Source of the DNA: Leptolyngbyaceae cyanobacterium | GTDB lineage: Bacteria; Cyanobacteriota; Cyanobacteriia; Phormidesmidales; Phormidesmidaceae | Reading direction: 5' to 3' | DNA length: 64,000 nt | NCBI GenBank assembly: GCA_965263355.1 | Contig: CBDHHL010000046.1 | Location: 64,001-128,000 of the forward strand | Part shown: in pieces, positions 8,332 through 17,970 of the stretch | Layout: every line of letters starts with the position of its first letter | How positions within the stretch are numbered: position 1 is the stretch's first letter | The notes under the pieces: generated by a model | What the model saw: the letters and a program-made list of their open reading frames with translations, nothing else | Database searches by the model: none | What the model was told of the DNA's origin: nothing | Position numbers and translations under genes: made by a program

Positions 8332-11300
8332 TTATACCACCGTGGCACTGAACTCTTCTTCAATACCCAAGTCTGAAATAGTACTTAGATCATAGTCCAT
8401 GCCGAGTAAATTTAGAACTGCCTGAGCACTTGCATCAGAAGTGTTAGGACCTATACCTGTTACAGACACCCGACCCGGATGCTCATACGCACTTATTGTC
8501 CACGTGCCATCATTGGCAGAGTTCTCTGCGTTTGAAATACTGACCGTATCTCCTACCATATCTGGCGTAAACACATCAAAGGGCGTCTCAGGACTTTGAC
8601 CAAAATCCAAAACTTCAATACGCATGACAGAAGAGTCATTTATAACTTGGACTGGCTCCCAGATTTTTTTCCTAAATCTTCGACGTACTATGCGAAATAG
8701 AATGTCTACTTGCAATGTCGGAGATGGTACTGTGCCATCCAAATTCACGAATGCTAAAGTAGTAGTAGCTAATTGCACGGTACCCGTGCCTGTTAAATCA
8801 GGAGGACTTGTCTGAATGACTGTGTTTTGTACTAGATAGCTGCCAGCATTTGCTCCAGACTCAATAATTAGCAAGTCACCTATCTGCACTCCATCATTTA
8901 TAAAGTCAGAAGTAGCACTAAACAATACTGGTATGCCAGCTGCTATAGAACCATTCTCAGCGCGCATAATGGGATTAGTTGACCTGCGAATGATTCCGCC
9001 AACTAGACTAGACCCATATGAAAAGGTTGTTGCATCGGGTGCCGTAATAGCAAAAGTTGTTGGATCGGACAAAGGGGGCACACTATTGATAAAGCCCGAA
9101 TTTTGACCCGCCAAAGAAGTAAATTCATAAACACCAAAAATCGACACTCCAGAACCTGCCTGGTTAGGCCACAGAACTGCTAAATCTCCCTCTATGGTAC
9201 TAGTAGTTGCAGTACCTGGCTGACGTGCTCGAGCGCCGCCAAACCCAGTAGCCGAAGCTAATGAAACATCTCCTGAAACATTACTAGTCACAATATCCCG
9301 CAATAGTCTATTTGTTGTAGTCTGAAAAGGCGTAGAACCCAAACGTTGTAAATTCATCCCTTGATGATTTAAATCGTTCAGCCTAACCGTCGATTCGTGT
9401 TTCCCCAGTTGTCCCACATTTTCATAAAATCTCAGCGTTGCGGCACCACTAAGAACTTCCTGAAAACTATTTAGCACGTCCGCATCAGACAACCTTTGAA
9501 CAATTACAGAAACCAAATCAGCATAGGCCGGAATAATAGTTCTTAAAAACTCTACAGAGAAAGTTATATCACTCTCATTAAAAATACCTGAGGTTGTCTC
9601 AATTTGAGCTGAAAAAGTAAAAAACTTCCGAAGTTCTTGACCCCGTAGATTTTGAATCCACCAAGTAGAATTGCTATATATGTCTTCTATAGTAATACCA
9701 CCAGACAAAGGAATGAACGCTTCCAGTATATCACCCACCTGAATGTTCTCTCCAGTCGCTGGATTACTTGCAAGACCTATGGCCGTAGGAAAAAAGTAGA
9801 ACCTACGAATACCTAAACGTTGATTTTCTACATCTACATCCTCTATCAACAAACGGCCCAAAGAGACCCCTAAAGGGTCTGTGCCATAGTTATTATCAAC
9901 AACAATGACCTCCCCCCTCTCCTCTGTAAAAGGCAACCCCATCAATATATGTAAAGCCAGTTTAAGGTTGGAGACATTAGGACCATTTGTAATTGCGTAC
10001 CATAGACCTTTAACTGCGGATAAATACGGAGCCCGTGTTTGCTTCTCTTCCAACGTATCTCGAGTCAAGCCAACAACACGACCAAAATTATTTTCCACGA
10101 CTTCCAAATTATCAATATGGCAACATTCCGCCCAATACTCCGCCTTAGAAGGATTAGCTAAAGAAAAAACTTCGGGTTGAAAAGTCAACCAACCAGAACT
10201 AACTGTAAAATTAGTGTTTTCTACAAATACTGTATCTGGTGTTTCCGTAATTTCATGAACTAATGCAGGAATCGATTGGTATTTAAGATCAATCGCAACC
10301 CTTGTATTATGAATGATTTCTTTGGCTCGAATTGTAAAAAGGTAATCTGAAAAAGGCCTATTTGAGGTATTTATGCCCGTAGGAATAAAACTTATAAATG
10401 TTTTAGCTACCGCCGTAATTTCTGCGGAAGAGGACGAAGGAGATACTACTCTCAAGTCTTGTACGAGCTGTTCAAACAAAGACAGGTCTAAACCTAAACC
10501 CCCTTCGGCCAAACTTCCTACGTTTATTTCAAAAGTTAATCGAGTACCATTAACAGCCAAAACCTGTGCTTGAATATCAGCCGCCAATTCAGAGTCTCCA
10601 CGCTTTACCTCTAGCACAACTATATCGCCAGCGGAGACACCAGCCTTTTGTAAGTCCAAGTTTGGTGTATGAAGTAGATGGCCCAGTCTATAACTCTGGT
10701 TTTCTAGGTTGTTAGCTAAGGTCTCTGATTGAAGAACTAGGACAGAATGATTTACTCGACATCGTATTGTTGTGGCTTGGGGGGCACTTCCCGAAGTAGT
10801 AGTTCTTCGTATACGCACCCAATAATAAGTTAATCCATTTTCCGCTTGAGGGGCCCAATTGGCTAAAGTTCCTAAAACTATATCCCCCGATTGTGTGCCC
10901 CCACTAGTTCCATCAGTTGGCGTAAATGATGTCCATGTTGAACCGTTAGAATACTCAAACGTCAAAGATAAGTCGACGGAACTGACAACAGAAAACACCA
11001 TATTTAAACTTAGGAATGGAGTTGTCTTCCCTACATATACATAATCCTGATTAGCACTCCAAACGGCTGTATTAGAACTAGTAGTATCTACAGCCGTAGA
11101 TACATTTGTGAATACAACACCAGTCACCAAAAAGACAGACCCTAAAGAAGCCAAAGCATTATCACTTTGATAGGCTCTAACTATCTCGTGCCCTGTGCCA
11201 TCTATTTCCAACAATCGACCTTGTATTCGATAGTTCACATCCAAATTTGTGAAGGTGGAGTCAGAGGCTCTAAAGACACGTGTCATTAAATTTGTAGACT

Positions 11301-11925
11301 TTAGTAGGGGCCCAGACTCTCCTGACGTACCAGAGGTTACATTGCCCAGAATGACAGATTGAGGTTCTGAGGCTAAATCTGTCCGCATACTAAAGCGTTG
11401 CCAACGTCGCATGACTGTTGGCTGTATTGTCTTCAATGATTTGTTGTAGTTATTAGAGTATAGTGTGGTAAGCTCCGCTCCTAGAATTTGGATCATGGAT
11501 GACCAAACAACTTGAAAAATTTCTCGATCTTCAATAAGCTGGTAAAAGTTCGGTAAGTATTGCCAAATAAATTGCATATCTGGGATACCACCTTCGGCAC
11601 AAGGCACAAGACTAAGCCTTATATATATAGTGGCTGTTTGGGTGATTGTTTCTGTTCCATTTGTGGCAGAAACCTGTACAACATACACGCCAAGCACATC
11701 CGGAATAAAACTCACTGCTCTTCTATCGGGCCTAATCAAAACTAAGCTAGCAGGATTAGTCGTATTTAGATCTGGTACCAATACAGATCCAATAGGGACA
11801 GAAGTAAATGACCAACTTAAAGTGACAGGCAGCCCAGTAGAGTCTTGGGCTGAACGTCCATCTAATTGCACAATGGACCCTAAAACACCTCTGAGTTCTG
11901 TTTGAGGTAATGTAAAACTTAACAT
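8332..11925 (-). CDS. Large baseplate wedge-like protein with N-terminal PKD/Ig-like domain
   Basis: VQLDGRSAQD...WSFTSVP...FIPDVLGVYVVQV PKD-like start; NNFG...YLSAVKGLWYA..NGP wedge-like core; follows the baseplate J-like gene. Confidence 0.65.
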   Translation of the reverse strand: MLSFTLPQTELRGVLGSIVQLDGRSAQDSTGLPVTLSWSFTSVPIGSVLVPDLNTTNPASLVLIRPDRRAVSFIPDVLGVYVVQVSATNGTETITQTATIYIRLSLVPCAEGGIPDMQFIWQYLPNFYQLIEDREIFQVVWSSMIQILGAELTTLYSNNYNKSLKTIQPTVMRRWQRFSMRTDLASEPQSVILGNVTSGTSGESGPLLKSTNLMTRVFRASDSTFTNLDVNYRIQGRLLEIDGTGHEIVRAYQSDNALASLGSVFLVTGVVFTNVSTAVDTTSSNTAVWSANQDYVYVGKTTPFLSLNMVFSVVSSVDLSLTFEYSNGSTWTSFTPTDGTSGGTQSGDIVLGTLANWAPQAENGLTYYWVRIRRTTTSGSAPQATTIRCRVNHSVLVLQSETLANNLENQSYRLGHLLHTPNLDLQKAGVSAGDIVVLEVKRGDSELAADIQAQVLAVNGTRLTFEINVGSLAEGGLGLDLSLFEQLVQDLRVVSPSSSSAEITAVAKTFISFIPTGINTSNRPFSDYLFTIRAKEIIHNTRVAIDLKYQSIPALVHEITETPDTVFVENTNFTVSSGWLTFQPEVFSLANPSKAEYWAECCHIDNLEVVENNFGRVVGLTRDTLEEKQTRAPYLSAVKGLWYAITNGPNVSNLKLALHILMGLPFTEERGEVIVVDNNYGTDPLGVSLGRLLIEDVDVENQRLGIRRFYFFPTAIGLASNPATGENIQVGDILEAFIPLSGGITIEDIYSNSTWWIQNLRGQELRKFFTFSAQIETTSGIFNESDITFSVEFLRTIIPAYADLVSVIVQRLSDADVLNSFQEVLSGAATLRFYENVGQLGKHESTVRLNDLNHQGMNLQRLGSTPFQTTTNRLLRDIVTSNVSGDVSLASATGFGGARARQPGTATTSTIEGDLAVLWPNQAGSGVSIFGVYEFTSLAGQNSGFINSVPPLSDPTTFAITAPDATTFSYGSSLVGGIIRRSTNPIMRAENGSIAAGIPVLFSATSDFINDGVQIGDLLIIESGANAGSYLVQNTVIQTSPPDLTGTGTVQLATTTLAFVNLDGTVPSPTLQVDILFRIVRRRFRKKIWEPVQVINDSSVMRIEVLDFGQSPETPFDVFTPDMVGDTVSISNAENSANDGTWTISAYEHPGRVSVTGIGPNTSDASAQAVLNLLGMDYDLSTISDLGIEEEFSATVV

Positions 11926-11952
11926 GCAGATTCCTTTCCGTTACTTAACGGT

Positions 11953-12267
11953 ATGCCTTTTATAGAGATGGACCAAGACTTGATCAGAAAACTTGTTGCA
12001 GAGGAGATTGACATTGTTACCTCGGCGGTAGAAACAGAAAAACTTCTGTACGAAAAAGCTGTATGCCCTACCTGCGGTAATGAGGGAGCCATTAAGAAAT
12101 TGGCAGGGACTAAAGTGGGAGCAAATATGGAAATTGTACAAAGTCCTTTTTCCCCGGGCCGGATATTAGCTCGAGGCTCAGCTCAATGTCCTCAATGCTC
12201 TACTGAATGGGAACCCATATCCGGGATACTGATAACACAACCAGCTGTTATTGACGAGTCAATGTAA
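11953..12267 (+). CDS. Zinc-ribbon protein
   Basis: CPTC and CPQC pairs; fills the gap between two minus-strand genes. Confidence 0.7.
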   Translation: MPFIEMDQDLIRKLVAEEIDIVTSAVETEKLLYEKAVCPTCGNEGAIKKLAGTKVGANMEIVQSPFSPGRILARGSAQCPQCSTEWEPISGILITQPAVIDESM

Positions 12268-15200
12268 ATTCTTCTCCGAAATTCGCGAAGTAAGTAGATA
12301 TTCTACCAGTGCCTTCATACGGAGCGTCCGTACCTCCTACAGAATTTTCAGAGCGCTCCACAACTAAAGCTCGGTTAAGATCGTGTGTGACCGTAACTAA
12401 GGTAATGGGGTGTGTTACAGAAGTGGCTCCCCGTCTTGTTAGGAATGCTTCCACATCTGAGATCTCTAAAATATCCAGGGAACCTAACCCATTGATAAAC
12501 GCTTCAATTTCAGGCCCGACAGTTTGGGGAGAAGACCCCCCTGAATAAGTCATGCTTAAAAACACGTAACTCGGCAAGAAATGCCGTGCTATCAGATCCG
12601 CTACCAACACACGATTATCTCCTCGAAGAAATGTGTCTATGGTTCTAACAAGTGGAGAATTTTCATAGGTTATTTGCAGGTTCTTTCCACCAACTTCTAC
12701 CCGATTTTGCGGCGCATCTGAGTTACCCACGGGCAACACTCGCCGAGTAAAATTCAACTGTACCTCCTCATAAGGAGAAAAAGTGAAATTGTTATTTGTA
12801 ACAGAATACGTATAACCGTCAATTACTAGGCCTGAGACCACACGCAATCTATCCAATCTACTAAGATTCCTATTGTCATTTGGTCCTAAGGACTCAATGG
12901 GGACATCCACATAGTAAAGTCCATCCTCAACATTATTTTGCATATCTGAAGAAGAAACTCTGATAACCCCAGGTCTACGGACTTTGTATGGCATGGAGGT
13001 GCCTGGAACTAACAAACCATCGGTCCCAGATTGACCCTCCAAAGTCAACATGGTCCGACTGCCGTGAACCCCTCCTCGGACACGGTAAGACACAGAGGGG
13101 TCTGCGCTAGGAAAGGGTGTAGCGGAGGAAATCGTAGCAGTATTTGATGTGGTTGAAACAATTGGATACACACCCTGATTGACACCAGAAACAACTTCTA
13201 ACCTATCTCCTCGAGTAACACTGGATAATTCTCCTGCGCCTCCCGTCAACACGGTAAGGGGTGCAGAACCTGAAATAGATCCTGTCTGTAGCACAGTCAC
13301 CTCTGGCCCAACAGTTGCAACATCCTTTATCCTGTGTATTGTTGGCGTTGTTTGGTATATACGAAAGGCCTGGCTCAACGTATTGGAAAGTGTGTTTGGT
13401 CCCGTAGCCACCCAAGTAAACGTATTCGAGCCAGAAGTACTACTAATACCGCTAAGTCTAACACGCGTGTTGCTGATATCTCTTTCTAAGACCTCATAGC
13501 TGCCCTCCAGGGCTGGGTCTGTAGATTCAAAAATCGTAATGTAATTTCCTGCCGTAGGCAGCTGTCCAACGTCCGTAGCATCCACGAGGTAAAAATCGGA
13601 AGAAACCTGGGTAATGGACCCATCACGGCTAGTAGCAGTATCCGCACCTAATGTCGTTTCCGTAGTAGTTCGCATGATCGAATTTAACTCAAGAGTCTTG
13701 GCATCTATACGACGACGAATAGTGTATGTTCCTACATCAGGACCTGAAGAAATCACCAAAGTTTGTCCAGCGAGGTCCCCCATTTGCGTAAAATCTATAA
13801 CACTATTCGCCGGAATAGATACTCGTGCAGAACCAGTAGTTGTTCGTAGTCCTGCGGGGCTGCCAAAAATACCTACAGTAGCCTCTATAAGCCGAACGCC
13901 AGAACTATTGACCAATTCAATTTCTTCCTGTACCTCTAATAAATCCCCAGGCAGTATTTCAAGATTAAACACATCACGGTCTGTCCCTGTTAACTCAACT
14001 ATGGTTTCAAATGCCCCACCACCAATGGAATAAGAACGGACAACTCGTAAGTCATTAATTGTTTGATTAAGGGCACCTGCCTCCGGCAAAACAACATAAC
14101 CATCATCTGTAGAAAATCGGTACAAGAACTCCTGAGATGTTCCCGTAGAAGCTAAGCGACCTCCAGCAATACCGGTAGTAATCTCAACTGAGGTAGGCTC
14201 CAAAAAGTAGAGTCGAGCAATACCAGCGCTCGTAAATCCCACCCGATAATGAATATCTGTATCTGTAGAAACGAAATCCTTATCCCCTGCTGAAGCGCCT
14301 ATAATAGTCAGGTCAGAACCTGACACCGTAGAAATCTCATACTCTCCGATATTATTACCTTCGTAAATCTCAAGCCTACTTCCTACAGTAACTCCCAACA
14401 AAGCAAAATCAGTTACCGTAGTGTCTCTGAATGTAACGAGAGGGGAACCAGAAACAACTGCCCCAGAAAAAGCCTCCCGTAAGGAACCTTGACTACGATT
14501 GGAGAAAGCTCCTTTTGCTCGAGCATCAATCACTCTTCCATATGGGATTGTAATCCCTGTGGGCTGATTTGTAGAGTCAAGTAATTCAATGTCCTTAACT
14601 CTCACTAAAGGTCGTTCCACGCCTGTAAAGGCCTCATAGATGCTAAATAAAAGATTGAACCCCGTGGAAGGCACGCCAACATCCAAAACCAACTGATTTG
14701 CTAGGACCGACAAGATAGTATATTGACCAGCATTGGAAGCTTGGGCACCCGCGGTAGTACTGGTGGAAATATCTAAAACATCTCCGGAAGAAACTCCAGC
14801 TAACAAAAAATTTGTTGAAGTAGATGTGACTGTTGCTGACCCTGCTACGGTATTTAAGTCCCCGCCGGGAAAAACTCCTGTAATGGGTATCCTGATGTTT
14901 CTAGGATTAACTAAATCCAGCTGAATCACATCGTCCACACGGTAGCGTAAGCCAGAGCTGTCTCCAGTTCCGGAAGGTGTAACTGTAGTGGTCAACTCTC
15001 TGTCTAAAATTAGAGTATCATTTGAGCCCAATAAACTGAGCAACCTGCGTATGGTATAGACTCCAGCATCAGCACCAGACTCAATAACCACTGAGTCTCC
15101 AATTGAGGTCCCAAGACCCGCGGAGCCAAAATTTGCTTGAGGGGAGTTTAGGTCTCGAACTCTAGACTTTACAGACACGCGCTCGAGCAGACGAAAGGGC

Positions 15201-16900
15201 ATCGCGGCGACACTAGAATGATTTGCAATGGAACCATCTAGGGCCCCTGTCCATTGATTTGTCAGGTTGATTGTAACCCGTTTATACAAGTTACTGGAAA
15301 TCACCTCTAGCCCACCAACTGCGGTAATCTCAAAAGCTCCATAATTTATGTTTCCAGCACCCGCAGGACCCAACAATTCTAAATACCGACCAACATCTTC
15401 AGATGAAGGATTCCAGGGCACAGTCCCATCTGCCGTGATATAGACAGGTATTATAACTTCCGCAGTAGTATTAGTTGGCGCAGTAAAGGCAGCTGAACTA
15501 GTTGCAGATGCTGAAGCTTGCTCAAAAATCTGAACAAACTCATCCGAGCTACCTCCATAAGTTTGCAAGTCTAATCCTAGTGTGAGCGGGTTAGCATCCC
15601 GAATTCCAGAAACTGTTGTTGTTGTTTCTGACGGTGCTCCAGCTCGAACGTAGATGTCAGTTTTACCGCCTATGTGCACTTCATTGTTATTTATAACAAT
15701 CTCACCCTCAGGAGTTTGTGGCTCAATTATCCCACCTGGAATGTCTGAAATAAACAGGCTGCCCCGACTCTTAGACTTTAACCAAAAGGGCTCTGCTGGA
15801 CTTATTGTTGGAGGTGTTGGAGTAACTGCCACAACAAAGTTGGAAACAACCTCCCCAACTGTATAGTTGGTAATAGTGCTTGTGGCTAAGTCCAAATGCG
15901 TAAATATATCTCCAACAGCTACATTGGCCGCACCAAAATCAGTCTGTCCAGAAACTCCTGTTGTGAGGTTTGTCCCTGCGGCTAATGTCAGCCGAGAAGT
16001 TGAAGCGCTCGCAGTCAACTGGGCAAAAGCATAAACAGCATCCGGAGAGCCTGTGAGAATATCTCTATTCATCTCGACATCCCCGAAGCCCACAACGCCG
16101 ATGCTTTGAACAGTTTCGAACAAGCTGGATAGCCGAGATCTAATTCCTCGAGGCACCACCAAGCTCGTCTCAGACAACCCAGACTCGACTCGAGCAAAAA
16201 AGGAAGAAGTATCTTCCCTGGAAGACCCTTCCCCAAAATTAGATCTGTTTGTTACCTTAACCACTCCCGGGGAATTCTCAATACCAATTAATGTTTCTCT
16301 CGCAATATTATATTCATCACCCTGAGATTCTGCTCGTACAATTATATCAAAAAAGTACAAGCTTCCGGAGAGATTAAAAATCATTTCTTCCGCAGTAATG
16401 GACTGATTCTCTATAGGAAAGAATCGTAACCCATCTCCCGTAAATACAGCTTGTGTTGGTGTTATAGTAACAAACCTAGCATTATTAAAAAATAGTCGAG
16501 CTGTACCAATTGCAAAGCTGCCTTCCTTTCTGGAAGCAAAAAAGTTACCCATCAGACGATCTGCTTCTGTATCCGTCAACAGTTCCGGAGAAGCAATAGA
16601 TTGACTGTTTCGAACCTGAGATATTTGTCGGCGAAAAGGTTCGACAGCTAGCCTCGCCATATTGAATACAAGGTCATAGATGGGCTCCCCTTTTTGAATG
16701 ACTAAGTCAGGAAACTCGGTCTGGGCTCGACGTACTAAGAACTCTAAAATTGGTGTAGAAAAAGCATCAGGTCCTATACGAGAAAGCAATGGGGTGATAA
16801 CTTCACTGTCAGCTAAGGAGCCGACAGAGGTATCTATACTTGAGTCAAACGCCCGTATGCGCTCAACGAGAAAGGTTCTTAGTTCATCTAAGTCTGCCAT
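12248..16900 (-). CDS. Giant baseplate J-like wedge protein
   Basis: N-terminal J-like features (GSFAIGTARLFF, AESQGDEYNI, VTN...GSSRED) and a C-terminal wedge domain, separated by about 1000 aa of repeated beta-modules; RBS AAGGA upstream. Confidence 0.7.
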   Translation of the reverse strand: MADLDELRTFLVERIRAFDSSIDTSVGSLADSEVITPLLSRIGPDAFSTPILEFLVRRAQTEFPDLVIQKGEPIYDLVFNMARLAVEPFRRQISQVRNSQSIASPELLTDTEADRLMGNFFASRKEGSFAIGTARLFFNNARFVTITPTQAVFTGDGLRFFPIENQSITAEEMIFNLSGSLYFFDIIVRAESQGDEYNIARETLIGIENSPGVVKVTNRSNFGEGSSREDTSSFFARVESGLSETSLVVPRGIRSRLSSLFETVQSIGVVGFGDVEMNRDILTGSPDAVYAFAQLTASASTSRLTLAAGTNLTTGVSGQTDFGAANVAVGDIFTHLDLATSTITNYTVGEVVSNFVVAVTPTPPTISPAEPFWLKSKSRGSLFISDIPGGIIEPQTPEGEIVINNNEVHIGGKTDIYVRAGAPSETTTTVSGIRDANPLTLGLDLQTYGGSSDEFVQIFEQASASATSSAAFTAPTNTTAEVIIPVYITADGTVPWNPSSEDVGRYLELLGPAGAGNINYGAFEITAVGGLEVISSNLYKRVTINLTNQWTGALDGSIANHSSVAAMPFRLLERVSVKSRVRDLNSPQANFGSAGLGTSIGDSVVIESGADAGVYTIRRLLSLLGSNDTLILDRELTTTVTPSGTGDSSGLRYRVDDVIQLDLVNPRNIRIPITGVFPGGDLNTVAGSATVTSTSTNFLLAGVSSGDVLDISTSTTAGAQASNAGQYTILSVLANQLVLDVGVPSTGFNLLFSIYEAFTGVERPLVRVKDIELLDSTNQPTGITIPYGRVIDARAKGAFSNRSQGSLREAFSGAVVSGSPLVTFRDTTVTDFALLGVTVGSRLEIYEGNNIGEYEISTVSGSDLTIIGASAGDKDFVSTDTDIHYRVGFTSAGIARLYFLEPTSVEITTGIAGGRLASTGTSQEFLYRFSTDDGYVVLPEAGALNQTINDLRVVRSYSIGGGAFETIVELTGTDRDVFNLEILPGDLLEVQEEIELVNSSGVRLIEATVGIFGSPAGLRTTTGSARVSIPANSVIDFTQMGDLAGQTLVISSGPDVGTYTIRRRIDAKTLELNSIMRTTTETTLGADTATSRDGSITQVSSDFYLVDATDVGQLPTAGNYITIFESTDPALEGSYEVLERDISNTRVRLSGISSTSGSNTFTWVATGPNTLSNTLSQAFRIYQTTPTIHRIKDVATVGPEVTVLQTGSISGSAPLTVLTGGAGELSSVTRGDRLEVVSGVNQGVYPIVSTTSNTATISSATPFPSADPSVSYRVRGGVHGSRTMLTLEGQSGTDGLLVPGTSMPYKVRRPGVIRVSSSDMQNNVEDGLYYVDVPIESLGPNDNRNLSRLDRLRVVSGLVIDGYTYSVTNNNFTFSPYEEVQLNFTRRVLPVGNSDAPQNRVEVGGKNLQITYENSPLVRTIDTFLRGDNRVLVADLIARHFLPSYVFLSMTYSGGSSPQTVGPEIEAFINGLGSLDILEISDVEAFLTRRGATSVTHPITLVTVTHDLNRALVVERSENSVGGTDAPYEGTGRISTYFANFGEEFTLTRQ

Positions 16901-16912
16901 AGTGATATTCCT

Positions 16913-17560
16913 TTAAAGAGATAAGTTAGCTGTCGCTTCTGTCCCAGCATAGGATGTGATTAGAATTCGCATCTCCGCTGAGTCCGAATGTCGAGTAGAC
17001 CTAAGATCTACCAAGGTGGCGGAAAGTAATCTCTCATCAAGCGCCAAGTCAGTTCGGCCTGATTGAGCTCGAGTAACGTCTTCAGAAGTCTTGCGTACAG
17101 CATGGCCTAGGGCCCCCAAGATTGTCGTAGTATTGCCAGAAGTTCCTACTGCCCCGACAATATCCTGAAGACCTCCTCCATCTATAGGATTAAATATATC
17201 AGAGCCTGGACTTGTTAAGAGATATCTGATGTAAAGTTGTGTCAGTCTCAATATCCCGGACACTATCTTGGTCTTGTTTCCTACCTTATATTCCACAATA
17301 GACCCAGTAGTCGTTCTTGTGAAAGAAGAAGAACGTACGGATATTGTTCTCACTTGTCGTATATTGGGAGGGATGGTCAAATACATGACCTTCTGATTCA
17401 CAATGACAAATTCTGGGAGAACAACATCATTGACCAAGACTTCACTCACACTCGAAAAATCTTGGCCTTCCACTTCGATAACGAAGGGGACACGGGACAC
17501 AATTCTATTAACAGAGTCAATCTTTATCAAGTCACTATATTTGATTACACTCAAAGTCAT
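16913..17560 (-). CDS. gp25-like baseplate wedge / sheath initiator with N-terminal IPT-like domain
   Basis: LLTSPGSDIFNP..GGGL and DERL motifs; directly upstream of the J-like gene. Confidence 0.65.
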   Translation of the reverse strand: MTLSVIKYSDLIKIDSVNRIVSRVPFVIEVEGQDFSSVSEVLVNDVVLPEFVIVNQKVMYLTIPPNIRQVRTISVRSSSFTRTTTGSIVEYKVGNKTKIVSGILRLTQLYIRYLLTSPGSDIFNPIDGGGLQDIVGAVGTSGNTTTILGALGHAVRKTSEDVTRAQSGRTDLALDERLLSATLVDLRSTRHSDSAEMRILITSYAGTEATANLSL

Positions 17561-17970
17561 TGACGTGCCTCAAACTCTTCCGCAGTCGTGATTGTATCAT
17601 TTAGCAGTGGATCTTCTGCCACATCCTCTACAAGAGAAGAAGGTTCTATGGCTTTTATAGAAGTGATCAAATCACTTAACCCAGTTTGCAACTGGACTAG
17701 CCTCTCAATTCTCGTAGGTAGGCTAGTGTCCGACCCTGATAAAAAATTAGTTGCGTTTATTGGTCGAGCAGAAGCAACCTGTGACTGTGCAGTTGGTTCT
17801 CCGGAAGTAGCATTTTGACTAGCAGATGTTGTTTCTCCATTTCTAGCCACCTGCTCAGAGATTAATTCGACCAAGGACACATTAGAAAACGCTCGATTAA
17901 TCTCGATACTTCGAACAACGGTGACAACATCTGAAAGCTGTCGTCTGATAGCTATATGAGCTTTTGTCAT
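17557..17970 (-). CDS. Hypothetical protein
   Basis: 137-aa ORF with ATGA overlaps on both sides. Confidence 0.7.
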   Translation of the reverse strand: MTKAHIAIRRQLSDVVTVVRSIEINRAFSNVSLVELISEQVARNGETTSASQNATSGEPTAQSQVASARPINATNFLSGSDTSLPTRIERLVQLQTGLSDLITSIKAIEPSSLVEDVAEDPLLNDTITTAEEFEARQ

